IMG/VR virus record: IMGVR_UViG_3300011415_000006
Span: 1 to 49,268 of that record
Source of the DNA: a virus
Lineage: Duplodnaviria > Caudoviricetes
DNA: 49,268 nucleotides
Reading direction: 5' to 3' (one strand)
Numbering within the stretch: the stretch's first letter is position 1; every line of letters starts with the position of its first letter. The notes beneath the pieces are model-generated. The model saw only the letters and a list, made by a program, of their open reading frames with translations. It ran no database searches and had not been told where the DNA came from. Below, one piece after another: positions 37,245 through 46,862 of this stretch. A program made the position numbers and the translations under genes.

Positions 37245-39221
37245 CTATGAACCAATACGGATGAAATGCTGATTGTATTGGTTGTAATCGAATAGGGCAC
37301 TTTCCTGATTCGGGAAGCCCTCGATTGTTAGAGCAATCTGAGATTGAACGGTTTGACCAACCTCAAGTGTGAACGGCGTGTAAGACAGGCCATTGAAGAT
37401 TTCGATGGCGTCATACACGGTTACATCACCACAGTCCGGCGTAGCCCAGACCATCAGGATACGCATCTTGTGTTGACAACCGGTGGAATATTGCCTCAAC
37501 GTGCGAACACCGTTGCTGTTGAGCTCCTTCATATACGGAATGAGCCGCTTCACCGTAGCGAAGTCGCGGACATTCAGATACGCACCCGAGATAACAACCT
37601 TGTCGAAGGTGAGCGATGTCGAGGTCGCCCCTCGGTCATTACGAAACTCGTTTCGGGTTGGAGTTGTTTCGATTCGACCGCTTCCAGCCAACGTTCCCAA
37701 GTGGCGTGGGTCTTCGACTTGGTTTCGGTCAGGGCGACCATCCCTGTCCAGCCGGAGAGGTAGTTCGTCGTACCGAGTTGGGCCGCAGACCCACATATCA
37801 ATCGGGACGCCTTCAACCATCGCTTTCTCAAACGATGCCTTCACCGCGGGTTTTATGACCCGAACCTTAGCTTCGTAGACAGCTAGGGCGTTAGTGAGAT
37901 TTGTGCCCTTGATTACCACTAAACCGATGTTATGTTCGGCTGGAGTGTAAAGACCGCTCTGCGGGTCGATCGTGCCAATTTCAGCGGCCGTTCCAGTTGT
38001 GGCAATGGAAAAGACGAGGTTAGCCGCCTGACCACCGACAACCACATTTGCCGCTGATGAGAAGATGACAATATCGGTACCGGCACAAGCGAACGTTGAG
38101 CCGGTGACGGTGTACTTCACTAAACCGTCAATGTACAGTATGACGCTATCACCATAAACCGCAAGGCCGACTTGCTGACCTTCCAGAACGGCGAAGTCAC
38201 TTCCTACCACTAACACGCCATCCTTGTATATTCCCACCTTACGGGCGGCAGGGGTGGCACCTGCGATTCCAGCGGCATAGTCGAGACCTAACAGCGTTTT
38301 AGCTCCGTCCGTAAATTTATGAGCAAAACCAACTGCAATAACAGTTGTTGCCGCAATTACGCTGGCGTGAACGGCGAACTCTATCAGAAAGGGATAGCCG
38401 TCGAGGGCGTTCTCGGCGACCGCAAACCCGTTCGCCGCCGTACTGCGGAATCCGGCGAAGTATTTGTTATTGTTACTGATGTCCGCCCCTTCCATATCCG
38501 TAAACCGTAAAGGTTCACGATACGCCATTTCACCTGCTTCAATTCCGCGGAGAAGGGTGAGGGCGTTGAAAGCTATCGTAACCGGAGTTTCGCAGTCCGT
38601 GATAACATCGACGCACGGAACACCTTCGTTTGCGGCGGCGGCGTCCGACTCGACGGCAAAACCGCAGATGCTACCCTGTGACGACACCAGAAGATTTATC
38701 ACGTCCTGCTGACCAGATTCCGCGTCAATCACGGTAAGAGTAACCTTTCCTGGCTCGTTGATCTGGAGTTCACCTTCGGGGGTGACCACATTATCACCAG
38801 AAATCGCATATTCATACTTACCGCTTCCGCCGCTAGGAACAAATTTATTCCTCTTGGTGTTAACAAGAGTAAGCTCTTCTTTGGCCTCGACTTCGCCGGC
38901 CGATTCGTCGTCCTCAAATCGTTCCACCTTCATAGGCTCATAGACAGTAAATTCCGTCGTGGCATCCACTTCTTCTCCGGCGACGACTAGCCCGAACGTC
39001 AGTTTGGTTGGCTCACGAGGCTCTTCCGGTGTTCCGGTGATTGCACCGGTGCTAGGGTTCAAATTGAGCCCTTTCGGAAGCTCCCCTTCCTTTACCTTGG
39101 CGGCTGTAACTCCCGAATTAGCTGGCGTATAATCATAAGGTACACTTTTAATGCCAGGAGGCGGGTTATAATTTACAGCAGTCTGTTCCGTATCTGCATC
39201 ATTGTTATTCTTTTTCTTCAC
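37245..39221 (-). CDS. Major tail (tube) protein with N-terminal Ig-like accessory domains
   Basis: GELPKGLNLNPSTGAITGTP (He_PIG); C-terminal ~170 aa tube-like (HLGTLAGSGRIETTP...IALTIEG); position after the neck genes; downstream terminator. Confidence 0.65.
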   Translation of the reverse strand: MKKKNNNDADTEQTAVNYNPPPGIKSVPYDYTPANSGVTAAKVKEGELPKGLNLNPSTGAITGTPEEPREPTKLTFGLVVAGEEVDATTEFTVYEPMKVERFEDDESAGEVEAKEELTLVNTKRNKFVPSGGSGKYEYAISGDNVVTPEGELQINEPGKVTLTVIDAESGQQDVINLLVSSQGSICGFAVESDAAAANEGVPCVDVITDCETPVTIAFNALTLLRGIEAGEMAYREPLRFTDMEGADISNNNKYFAGFRSTAANGFAVAENALDGYPFLIEFAVHASVIAATTVIAVGFAHKFTDGAKTLLGLDYAAGIAGATPAARKVGIYKDGVLVVGSDFAVLEGQQVGLAVYGDSVILYIDGLVKYTVTGSTFACAGTDIVIFSSAANVVVGGQAANLVFSIATTGTAAEIGTIDPQSGLYTPAEHNIGLVVIKGTNLTNALAVYEAKVRVIKPAVKASFEKAMVEGVPIDMWVCGPTRYDELPLRLDRDGRPDRNQVEDPRHLGTLAGSGRIETTPTRNEFRNDRGATSTSLTFDKVVISGAYLNVRDFATVKRLIPYMKELNSNGVRTLRQYSTGCQHKMRILMVWATPDCGDVTVYDAIEIFNGLSYTPFTLEVGQTVQSQIALTIEGFPNQESALFDYNQYNQHFIRIGS

Positions 39222-39262
39222 AATCTCACCTCGCTCAGTATCTATGACGCTTTAGCGTCCTC

Positions 39263-39706
39263 TTATACACTTTTTGTTACGACAACCTGAATCCGTGCTT
39301 GATTTAGATTGACAAGGGTAAATCTTGGGACATAAATAAAGCCTTTTCGATTAGCCACAGTATTAATAACGGAAATACAAATACGCCCCGTGGCTAAAAG
39401 CAGGGCGAACGAATCCCGTGCGACTGTTTCGCTGGTATAGACGTCCAGAACGAAACTAAACTTTCTCGATGTTTGATGAATATGAACATTATCAATATCA
39501 GTAGGTCGGATAATAACTTGCAATGGGGCATTTTCTTTTTGTTGAAGCAGTCCGACTTCAATAATAGGATTAGTACTCCTGCTAATTAGGTCGGCAATGT
39601 TATCAATAAACCAAACGAGAAAATCGAAGGCCGCTATTTCCTTGACCTCGACCTCTGCCGGACACGCGGGTTTGATGGCGATGCCACAGATGCTCCCTTC
39701 TGCCAT
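39263..39706 (-). CDS. Putative tail terminator/completion protein
   Basis: RBS GGAG; position between neck and tube; FVLDVY beta pattern. Confidence 0.5.
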   Translation of the reverse strand: MAEGSICGIAIKPACPAEVEVKEIAAFDFLVWFIDNIADLISRSTNPIIEVGLLQQKENAPLQVIIRPTDIDNVHIHQTSRKFSFVLDVYTSETVARDSFALLLATGRICISVINTVANRKGFIYVPRFTLVNLNQARIQVVVTKSV

Positions 39707-39816
39707 TTGAATATCTCCGCCCAACGGTCTATCGTAATATCCGCTAACATATCCTTTGCCTCTTTGCTCTTTGCGAAGCGGTCAAAGTCTAACGGTCTTT
39801 TTGGTAAAACGGCCAT
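39634..39816 (-). CDS. Small basic hypothetical protein
   Basis: ATG overlaps the end of a palindrome copy; fills the gap. Confidence 0.4.
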   Translation of the reverse strand: MAVLPKRPLDFDRFAKSKEAKDMLADITIDRWAEIFKWQKGASVASPSNPRVRQRSRSRK

Positions 39817-39833
39817 AGGGCTCAATTTGCACT

Positions 39834-40316
39834 CTAGCTATACTTGTCGTAAAGTTTTTTGTAATACTCGCGGTCAAGTTCAAGGTCTCTTTTCAGCCTG
39901 TCTTTTCTAGCCCTAGCACCTTCGTAGTATGGACGTTTCTTATCCGTGGCTACGGGGTCAATAACAGCACCTTCTTGATGTTCCCTTGCGTACGGCTTTT
40001 CAACTGGATACGTGTACTCCAATATACCATCGTCCGTCACGTAACCCGCCTGCTTATACGCATCCCTTAATCTTAGCCCTGTACGGCTTTCGTGCAGGAT
40101 ACGCATATCAGAGTTCTCGGTTTCCTTTTTGGTAATCGTGTATGGACGAAGCGGCCTCCACTTACCCTGATACTCGTCGAACTGATTATCAACGTCGTGT
40201 CGAATCCCTGCCAGAAGTGCCCCCATTTGCGGCCGAGTATCCTTCAACTCGTCCGCTCTTGCTATCATAGTGATAAGCCACTCATCAGCGGTTGGACACC
40301 AAAAAAGCCATCGCAT
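39834..40316 (-). CDS. Virion morphogenesis protein (Mu gpG-like)
   Basis: WRPLRPYTITKK...RIL...TGLRL...PYAREHQEG. Confidence 0.75.
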   Translation of the reverse strand: MRWLFWCPTADEWLITMIARADELKDTRPQMGALLAGIRHDVDNQFDEYQGKWRPLRPYTITKKETENSDMRILHESRTGLRLRDAYKQAGYVTDDGILEYTYPVEKPYAREHQEGAVIDPVATDKKRPYYEGARARKDRLKRDLELDREYYKKLYDKYS

Positions 40317-40317
40317 A

Positions 40318-40935
40318 TCAGATACCTAGCTCAAAATGACGGAACTTCTGTTCCCAAGCACTTACGATACGATTGTACGTGTTTCGTAATCGCTGTTCTT
40401 GGTTAGAGGTCAATCCGTCATTCTGCCCTAAACGGTTCAAAGGATTTACGAGAAACATTAAACAGCCAAGATTCTTAACGGCAACAACTACGTCAGGTGG
40501 AACACATTTGAAGCCCCACCTTGCTGAAATCGTAAACCGCGTGTAACGAAACCAGCTACCACAACCAGAAAATAGAAATGGCGGATAATGCCATTTCAAG
40601 TAGTATCCAGTCGGTTGATAAACGTTCGATGAATAAATTTGATAATTGTTCGCATCGACGATCTCATTATCAGCATCACGAATATAACGAATCGAAGTGT
40701 AAGGATGAATCCTCACAAACTGCGTTCCGTTACTGTAAAAATATCGTGACGCAAATTCTTCACCCGCCGGTGCAAAATAATCTTCCGGTGCAAATACGTC
40801 GCTTTCAAAGACCCTGGACGCATCGTAGAGAGATTGCATTAACGCCGCTTCCGTTTCGTTTGATTCTTCGTGAACCACGCCGAGAGCCGGAACGATGTCA
40901 ATACAATCCTCTACTTTTGCGTATGCAACAGCCAT
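40318..40935 (-). CDS. Head-tail connector/adaptor
   Basis: AYAKVED...ASRVFE...ISARWGFKCVPPDVVVAV. Confidence 0.75.
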   Translation of the reverse strand: MAVAYAKVEDCIDIVPALGVVHEESNETEAALMQSLYDASRVFESDVFAPEDYFAPAGEEFASRYFYSNGTQFVRIHPYTSIRYIRDADNEIVDANNYQIYSSNVYQPTGYYLKWHYPPFLFSGCGSWFRYTRFTISARWGFKCVPPDVVVAVKNLGCLMFLVNPLNRLGQNDGLTSNQEQRLRNTYNRIVSAWEQKFRHFELGI

Positions 40936-41351
40936 TATACGATTACCTTTTCGCCTTCCTGCTGAGCCGGTTGCTTCTCGTACTGAACGCCCTGCTCTTC
41001 CATCTTCGCTTTAATGGCGTCGTTCAGTTCTTTCGTCCGAGGGTCTTTCATAAGTTCCTCTTTGACGAAATTCTCGGTCGGCGACAGATACCAACCGGCT
41101 CGGAAGAGAAGTTGTGGCACTTCACGGACAACCTCTCCCTTATCATCCGTGACCTGTTTGAAACCCCAAACCGGAACCGTATTCTCTATCATCGCTGTGT
41201 TGTCGATACGGATTTGACGGTTCGAACGACCGATACGATTGGGCTTAAAGCCTTTGGTGATTTGGTCAACCACGCTACTCAGGTGAGGGTTGTTCAACGC
41301 CCCCTTTCCTGATACAACGGCTGACTTTTCATCGTTCTTTTTCTCTATCAT
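40935..41351 (-). CDS. Hypothetical protein after the capsid gene
   Basis: RBS AAGGAG; TAATG coupling to the connector gene. Confidence 0.7.
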   Translation of the reverse strand: MIEKKNDEKSAVVSGKGALNNPHLSSVVDQITKGFKPNRIGRSNRQIRIDNTAMIENTVPVWGFKQVTDDKGEVVREVPQLLFRAGWYLSPTENFVKEELMKDPRTKELNDAIKAKMEEQGVQYEKQPAQQEGEKVIV

Positions 41352-41396
41352 TATCTCTCTCCTTCCAAAGATTCCTAGGGTTCAAATTGAGCCCTA

Positions 41397-43028
41397 TTAG
41401 ATACCGGTGATACGGATAAGAGCGTGCGGCACCTTAGCAAGCAACCCGCCTCTCATCGTGGCACGAAGCGTCAACATATCTTCGCGAAACTGGTTATCGA
41501 CCCAACCGATGTCCAGACGAACCGCCCGACGGAGCAAAATACGCACAGTCTGTCGAAACGCACCCGCTATCGCTACACCCGCTGGCATACGAATATCATA
41601 GACGATTTTCGCACCGCGGACGCTGGACAGTTCGGAATCGGTGTATAACCGATAACCATCGTTGTCCTTAAGGAAGGTCATTTCGACAAAATCGTCGTGC
41701 GACATCAGGACACAATCGACGTTGTACCCGTATGCCTGAGCGTCGAAAATCGCTCGTTCGATCGTTTCGCGGGTATTATCGGTCGCAACACCAGGCATCA
41801 TCACGTTGCCCATAAACGACGCCGCTCCACGATGGATACGAGTCGATAGGCCAACCAACGCCAGAAGTCCCGTCAGTTCGGGATATTCACCACCGCTTCC
41901 ATCGCCATTGATTAGCTGGTCATAGAACTCTTGGCGAACGTTTTCCATCAACTGTGTTTCGACGGCATCCGCAATCGAAGGACAGTCCTCCAAGAATTCT
42001 TCTGACACAGCCAGAGTGTCGGCAAAAGTGATCGTGTTCGCCCGTGCTTGCGAGAAGCCAAACTCCGATTCCGGTTTGATGGGACGGAAATCAACCGCAA
42101 CCGCAGTAGGATTGGCCGCACTAAGCACGACGGACTCACCGACACCCGATGCATTGTTAATGCGGAGCGTTTGTCTCACGTAGAGAACGTAAGACTTTGA
42201 GATTCGTCGAACGGGGATACATTGGAGGAAAGATACAGGCGGATAGGGCAGTAGCTCGACATCATCATCGACGATGTATTCGCACAGTCCGCCTGTATTT
42301 CCGGCGAATACGGCGGTCGGAGCGTAAAGTGACCCGTCGCCGCCGGACTGTCCAGGAACCTGCGTAAACATCGACTTGACAGCCTCACGGTATTCGCCAA
42401 CTGCCGCCTCAATTTCACTGGCCTTACCTATCTCAAGACCGAGGCTCTTCGAGGCCGATCGAAGCTCTCTCTGTTGAGAACCAAAAGTACCATAAAACGA
42501 AGCGGCACAGTTGAATCTCTGACCATTCTTGAGCGGATAGGTCGCAACCGCCCCCCGCGATTTGATGTCCTCGGATTTTAGCAATCCGGTCTTGCCGAGA
42601 AAGGAATGGAAATCGTTTCCGAAACGCTGGAAAAACGATTCCTTCTTCTGCGGATAAAGCCCTTCGACGTTCGGCATCATCATCCCGCCCATCGTCACTG
42701 GCCCCGTAACCCCTGCCACGGCGGCCTCAAGAGCTTTCTCGCTAATTTCCTCGCCGGCTTCGATCGACTCATCATAGCTGAGAAGCTGTTCACGACGCTT
42801 TTTCTGTTCGCCAATGCGACCCTCGATATCGGCCATCCCTGACTTGAAGGTATCATCGACGCACTCCTCACCACCAAGAGTACCCGTCTTTCGGCAAGCA
42901 CAATCAGTTTTGTGGTTCTTTTCGAGTTCGGCCCTCTTTTCTAAAAGAGCCGCCCCTTCTGTGTTGATTTCTTGAGCAAGTGTGTTGCGGTTATCAACAA
43001 GGGCCTTTATGAGTTCAGTGTATTTCAT
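41397..43028 (-). CDS. Major capsid protein (HK97 fold, with N-terminal scaffold domain)
   Basis: VGES...KPESEF...VSEEFLED...DQLINGDGS...LTGL...FREDMLTLRATMR. Confidence 0.92.
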   Translation of the reverse strand: MKYTELIKALVDNRNTLAQEINTEGAALLEKRAELEKNHKTDCACRKTGTLGGEECVDDTFKSGMADIEGRIGEQKKRREQLLSYDESIEAGEEISEKALEAAVAGVTGPVTMGGMMMPNVEGLYPQKKESFFQRFGNDFHSFLGKTGLLKSEDIKSRGAVATYPLKNGQRFNCAASFYGTFGSQQRELRSASKSLGLEIGKASEIEAAVGEYREAVKSMFTQVPGQSGGDGSLYAPTAVFAGNTGGLCEYIVDDDVELLPYPPVSFLQCIPVRRISKSYVLYVRQTLRINNASGVGESVVLSAANPTAVAVDFRPIKPESEFGFSQARANTITFADTLAVSEEFLEDCPSIADAVETQLMENVRQEFYDQLINGDGSGGEYPELTGLLALVGLSTRIHRGAASFMGNVMMPGVATDNTRETIERAIFDAQAYGYNVDCVLMSHDDFVEMTFLKDNDGYRLYTDSELSSVRGAKIVYDIRMPAGVAIAGAFRQTVRILLRRAVRLDIGWVDNQFREDMLTLRATMRGGLLAKVPHALIRITGI

Positions 43029-43065
43029 ATTTGCCTTCCTATATAGCTAGGGTTCACTTTGAGCC

Positions 43066-43758
43066 CTAGAGGTTAATTATTGGTATGGGTTGTGTGACTT
43101 GCTCAAGGCTCGTCAAGAAATCCTCGGTGACTACGAATTTCTCCCCCGAAGATAGGGATTCTTTCAAGGACGTTAACGCCGCCGCTAATTTCTCGCGTTG
43201 GCCATTCGCATCCTTAACAAGAAAGTCCAAATGCTCTTGAATCTTAGCAGTCTGTTCGTCTTGCATCTGCTTGAGATAGAACATTAAAAAATCGTTTTTG
43301 GTACGGGTGATTCGTGGATTTTCGTAGTCGGCGGGTGTGAGAGTTGCTGACTGTTCTGCAATTAGCCACGTATCTAATTTGAAGGCCCCATCGACGAGCG
43401 AAGCCGACCTCGTATGACCGGCCGCACCAGCGGAGGAGCGATAAGGTTTTGAGATGATTTCGCTGAACGCCTCGTTGCCTTTCGGGGTATCAAAGAAGGT
43501 TGCTTCGTAAGTCCAACCGTCACTCGACTTTTCATAGACGGCATCGGCTACAATGGCTTTACCAAACTTTGGTGACCATCCGTGTTCCATTAGAAATGGA
43601 CGGTCAGACCCGTTTTTTAATCCGGTGACGGTTTCAGAATTAAAGAACTCTCCATCTGAATCTTTCGTTGAAGAGTCTCCAAATCTGACGCCCGTACCGT
43701 GAATAACGAGATGTTTAACGGACTTCACGGCGTCGAGATTCTCTTTATATTCGAGCAT
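43066..43758 (-). CDS. Prohead protease
   Basis: Between portal and capsid; DSDGEFF, LMEHG, SSAG, EQSATLTPA motifs. Confidence 0.8.
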   Translation of the reverse strand: MLEYKENLDAVKSVKHLVIHGTGVRFGDSSTKDSDGEFFNSETVTGLKNGSDRPFLMEHGWSPKFGKAIVADAVYEKSSDGWTYEATFFDTPKGNEAFSEIISKPYRSSAGAAGHTRSASLVDGAFKLDTWLIAEQSATLTPADYENPRITRTKNDFLMFYLKQMQDEQTAKIQEHLDFLVKDANGQREKLAAALTSLKESLSSGEKFVVTEDFLTSLEQVTQPIPIINL

Positions 43759-43828
43759 TGTATTAGTAAGGTAGGGCTCAGAATGAGCCCTTTCGAGAAA
43801 ACAGAGATAATCGAGGAAGTCAAAATGG

Positions 43829-43857
43829 ATATTATCACAAAAACCAAGTTTTGTCAA
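43829..43857 (-). promoter_or_regulatory. sigma70 promoter upstream of protease/capsid
   Basis: TTGACA-17-TAATAT with TG extension; palindrome copy 43772 lies in the 5' UTR. Confidence 0.65.
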
Positions 43858-43866
43858 GTGGAAAAA

Positions 43867-45288
43867 TTATTCTAAGGCGTTTTCTTTCTCAATACTTTGT
43901 TCGCCGGTTCCAACTGATAAATTGGTTGAAGCACCACCCATTTGAGGTTGAGTTTCCGAGTAAAATTGGTCTCTTTCTTCTGCTGTAAGGTCAGAAGAGT
44001 CCTCATTTACAAACTCAAGGAACTTACCGCGGGTGATAACGTTCAGCTGATACCATCGCTCATACTGGCGGAAGTCTTTGCTACGAGCATATTGAGCGAG
44101 AGCCATTTCCGAAGTATCCGTCCAAACACGGAATTTAGACTTTGTGTTCGGAATAAACTTCGGAATCAAAAACTTCCCAAGCCGCTGATTCATACGCTCT
44201 TGGAGAGGTTTAATTTTCTGGTTGTAAAAGTCGATAGCGTCCTGCTGACGGCTTGCTCGCTGACCACCCGACTTTAAGCCAACCCAAAAGAGCGAAGGAG
44301 GGATTTTCCAGACCGCCGTAACTAGAGATTCAAGATACAGTAATAAATCTGGATTCATCAATTCCGGCAAGGCACTACCAATTTTGTTCACTCGCCAATC
44401 ACCACGAAGCCCGAGCCAGCCGCCTGGCCTAATGCCGCTTCGCCCTATCTTAGCGTAAACCCGCTGAACGGCTTCTTCTATCTGATCGTCTGTAATGCTG
44501 GCGGCCACCGAGTCTTTTGTCAGGTCAACAACTCTTGTCAGCAAATGCGTCGGGTGAGCCCCTTCTGTAAAGAAGCGTTCAAGCTGATCGAGGTATATTT
44601 TGTGAATCTTGAAAATCTTATTGAGAGGATTATTCGGTAACGATACGCCGATCGAATAGCTAATCGGATTGTAGAGAACGTCAACGTACAGTGAGGTAGA
44701 GCTCAATTTGAGCGGTGGTAAATCCTCATACCCGAGAGGTTGATAATACCAGTCCGCCTCAAAAGGATTTGACACCCAATCCTGTGCCACGCGGCCAGGA
44801 AAGATAAGGTCAAAGCAGTTTGTTTCTCGATTGATTTTACCGTTCGGAAAGATGTCGCCCTTCTGAAACATAAAGGCGTACACCAACCCAAAGATATGTA
44901 GGTGAGTTGCGTAGGCACGAAGAAACTCTTTTATATCCATTGTTGGATTCGGTTGCCCAATCCATTCAGCTAACGGATTATTAGTATGTTCCTTCCAACG
45001 ATTTCCAACAACGTGTTCTTCAACGATTGTCCGACCGTCTGCGACCTCATCGTTAACCAACGACTGAGCCGCATAACACAACGGGTTCGTTAAATAAATC
45101 AAGGCGGCATCAACAAATCGTTCGTGCCACCCAATATTTGAATCTTCCAGTAGTGGACGGGTGCGAATCGTCTTACCCTGTCCAATTGGAACAAAATCAA
45201 CGTTTGATTGCCGGAGTAGGGTAAGTTTATCAATTTCTCGGGAAAGCGGCCTACTCGTGATAAAGGGTTTCTCTATACTTACTGGCAT
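43867..45288 (-). CDS. Portal protein
   Basis: PNPTMD...HLHIFGLVY...FFTEGAHP...VTAVWKIPPSL; follows TerL. Confidence 0.85.
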   Translation of the reverse strand: MPVSIEKPFITSRPLSREIDKLTLLRQSNVDFVPIGQGKTIRTRPLLEDSNIGWHERFVDAALIYLTNPLCYAAQSLVNDEVADGRTIVEEHVVGNRWKEHTNNPLAEWIGQPNPTMDIKEFLRAYATHLHIFGLVYAFMFQKGDIFPNGKINRETNCFDLIFPGRVAQDWVSNPFEADWYYQPLGYEDLPPLKLSSTSLYVDVLYNPISYSIGVSLPNNPLNKIFKIHKIYLDQLERFFTEGAHPTHLLTRVVDLTKDSVAASITDDQIEEAVQRVYAKIGRSGIRPGGWLGLRGDWRVNKIGSALPELMNPDLLLYLESLVTAVWKIPPSLFWVGLKSGGQRASRQQDAIDFYNQKIKPLQERMNQRLGKFLIPKFIPNTKSKFRVWTDTSEMALAQYARSKDFRQYERWYQLNVITRGKFLEFVNEDSSDLTAEERDQFYSETQPQMGGASTNLSVGTGEQSIEKENALE

Positions 45289-45493
45289 CGTGATTATCCT
45301 CTGGGAAGTATGGTAAAGGTTTTGCTAACTCTTCTCTATTCTTAACGACTTGCAGAAAGTCGTTTCCGTTTCGATAAATTAAACTGAGAAAGATAATAGC
45401 CAAGTGGATTGTGAATACAGTCCCTATTATAGCTCCATTTACCAGAAAAAAGCAAGCCGCCAACTTCAAAATAAGCCAAAATATTTCATCCAT
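45251..45493 (-). CDS. Small membrane protein between TerL and portal
   Basis: Long hydrophobic N-terminal segment. Confidence 0.5.
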   Translation of the reverse strand: MDEIFWLILKLAACFFLVNGAIIGTVFTIHLAIIFLSLIYRNGNDFLQVVKNREELAKPLPYFPEDNHDASKYRETLYHE

Positions 45494-45515
45494 AAGATAG
45501 GGCTCAATTTGAGCT

Positions 45516-46850
45516 CTAATTTGAAAATTCATCACCCAAAAGATGGATGATATCAGCTGATTTCTGACCGGTAAAGATCGAAGGACGGAGGCTCTGCGGC
45601 TCGATTACTCGTGATTTCATAAGCTGTTGATACCCACCGCAGAAAAAGACAAAAGCTAAAAAATTGCCTGAAATGCCGTCCACATAATCATCGTGTTCAC
45701 CGGCCGGAAAACTACGCATTTCATCTAACACGTCCGACATACCTGGCCCCTCCACGTATGCTACCCGCTTACTACGCATTTCTAACGCCCATAGGTTCGC
45801 CCGCTCTTCTTTACTTTGCGAGGTAAAGACACGTCCGGCCGGATACTTCTTGATTCCCGCCAATTCGTTGTCCATTTGAATCATTTGCCACGCAATTCCA
45901 CCAATCCCCTCCGTTTCAAAAATATGCATCACTTCCGGTTCCATCAGAAGTTGCTGTTTTATCATCGGATACGTCGAGCCCCAAACGCCTCGATAACGAA
46001 CAGGGTCTGAAATGATAAACTGTGGCCTGTCTGTAACCGTTAGCTTAGATGATGCCGTATAATCGCCATCTGCCGAATTAGCGATATCCCAATATCGAAG
46101 CTGATAAAGCGGCATTTGGCCAAATAAGGCTTCGTTAAGCGTTTTATAGACTCCAAGATATTCCAGATCGAACGGGTTATTCCCGAGGGCTACAAACTTA
46201 CCTTCCCATTCTTGAGCGTACTCAAGCGGATCGAGCAAGCCTCTCTGATTTTCTAACTCTTCTTTCGGGAAATAGGGATTCGTCGAAGTCGGCATTATCC
46301 ACGAGTTCCAATCTCCAAATATCGGATTTTTGCCAAGTTCGTAATAATAGTGAAAATCATTGAATCCGCGGGGTGTTGAAAAGAACCAAACATCGCCCAT
46401 TAAATCGCCAACCGTCGGAAGTAGGATTAGTTTGAAGATTTGTCGTAAAGCAATGATTAAAGCGGCTTCGTCAATAATGATTCGCTTATATTTACGACCG
46501 CGAATGTTCTCCGGCTTGTCCAACGACCAAAATTCAATCACAAAGCTGTCTAAAATCTCAGCTGTGTGTTCTTGCTCGTTTTTTGATGAAATTATCTTCT
46601 TGAAAGTGCGTTTGAAGTTACGCCAAGTAGGGGCTAAGTTCTTATATGTGGGGCTCATATAGCCCATATCCTCGGCCAAGCCGTTATTGAGGTTATGAGC
46701 CACCACTTCCGCCACTAATTGTGACGTTAAGTGAGTTTTGCCCCACCGGCGACCGCACGAAAGAACGTTAAAACGTTTTCTGTCTCTCGAAACGAGGGCT
46801 TGAGCCGGATGAGGAGCATCTAATGGAACGTCAACTTTCTTTCTCGGCAT
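45516..46850 (-). CDS. terL: Terminase large subunit
   Basis: Walker A CGRRWGKT, Walker B IIIDEAA, STPRG coupling motif, nuclease YWDIA and HDDYVD. Confidence 0.96.
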   Translation of the reverse strand: MPRKKVDVPLDAPHPAQALVSRDRKRFNVLSCGRRWGKTHLTSQLVAEVVAHNLNNGLAEDMGYMSPTYKNLAPTWRNFKRTFKKIISSKNEQEHTAEILDSFVIEFWSLDKPENIRGRKYKRIIIDEAALIIALRQIFKLILLPTVGDLMGDVWFFSTPRGFNDFHYYYELGKNPIFGDWNSWIMPTSTNPYFPKEELENQRGLLDPLEYAQEWEGKFVALGNNPFDLEYLGVYKTLNEALFGQMPLYQLRYWDIANSADGDYTASSKLTVTDRPQFIISDPVRYRGVWGSTYPMIKQQLLMEPEVMHIFETEGIGGIAWQMIQMDNELAGIKKYPAGRVFTSQSKEERANLWALEMRSKRVAYVEGPGMSDVLDEMRSFPAGEHDDYVDGISGNFLAFVFFCGGYQQLMKSRVIEPQSLRPSIFTGQKSADIIHLLGDEFSN

Positions 46851-46862
46851 AAATAGGGCTCA

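Noticed and set aside
40578-41312. 244-aa plus-strand ORF and other long antisense ORFs (e.g. 1392-1865, 31515-31973, 37344-37763)
   Set aside because: They shadow well-supported genes on the opposite strand and show no recognisable RBS or protein motifs.
3784-46670. Highly degenerate or half copies of the palindrome (e.g. ~3784, 7266, 8977, 9019, 32280, 46649)
   Set aside because: Too many mismatches or wrong spacer length to count confidently; excluded from the ~54 total.
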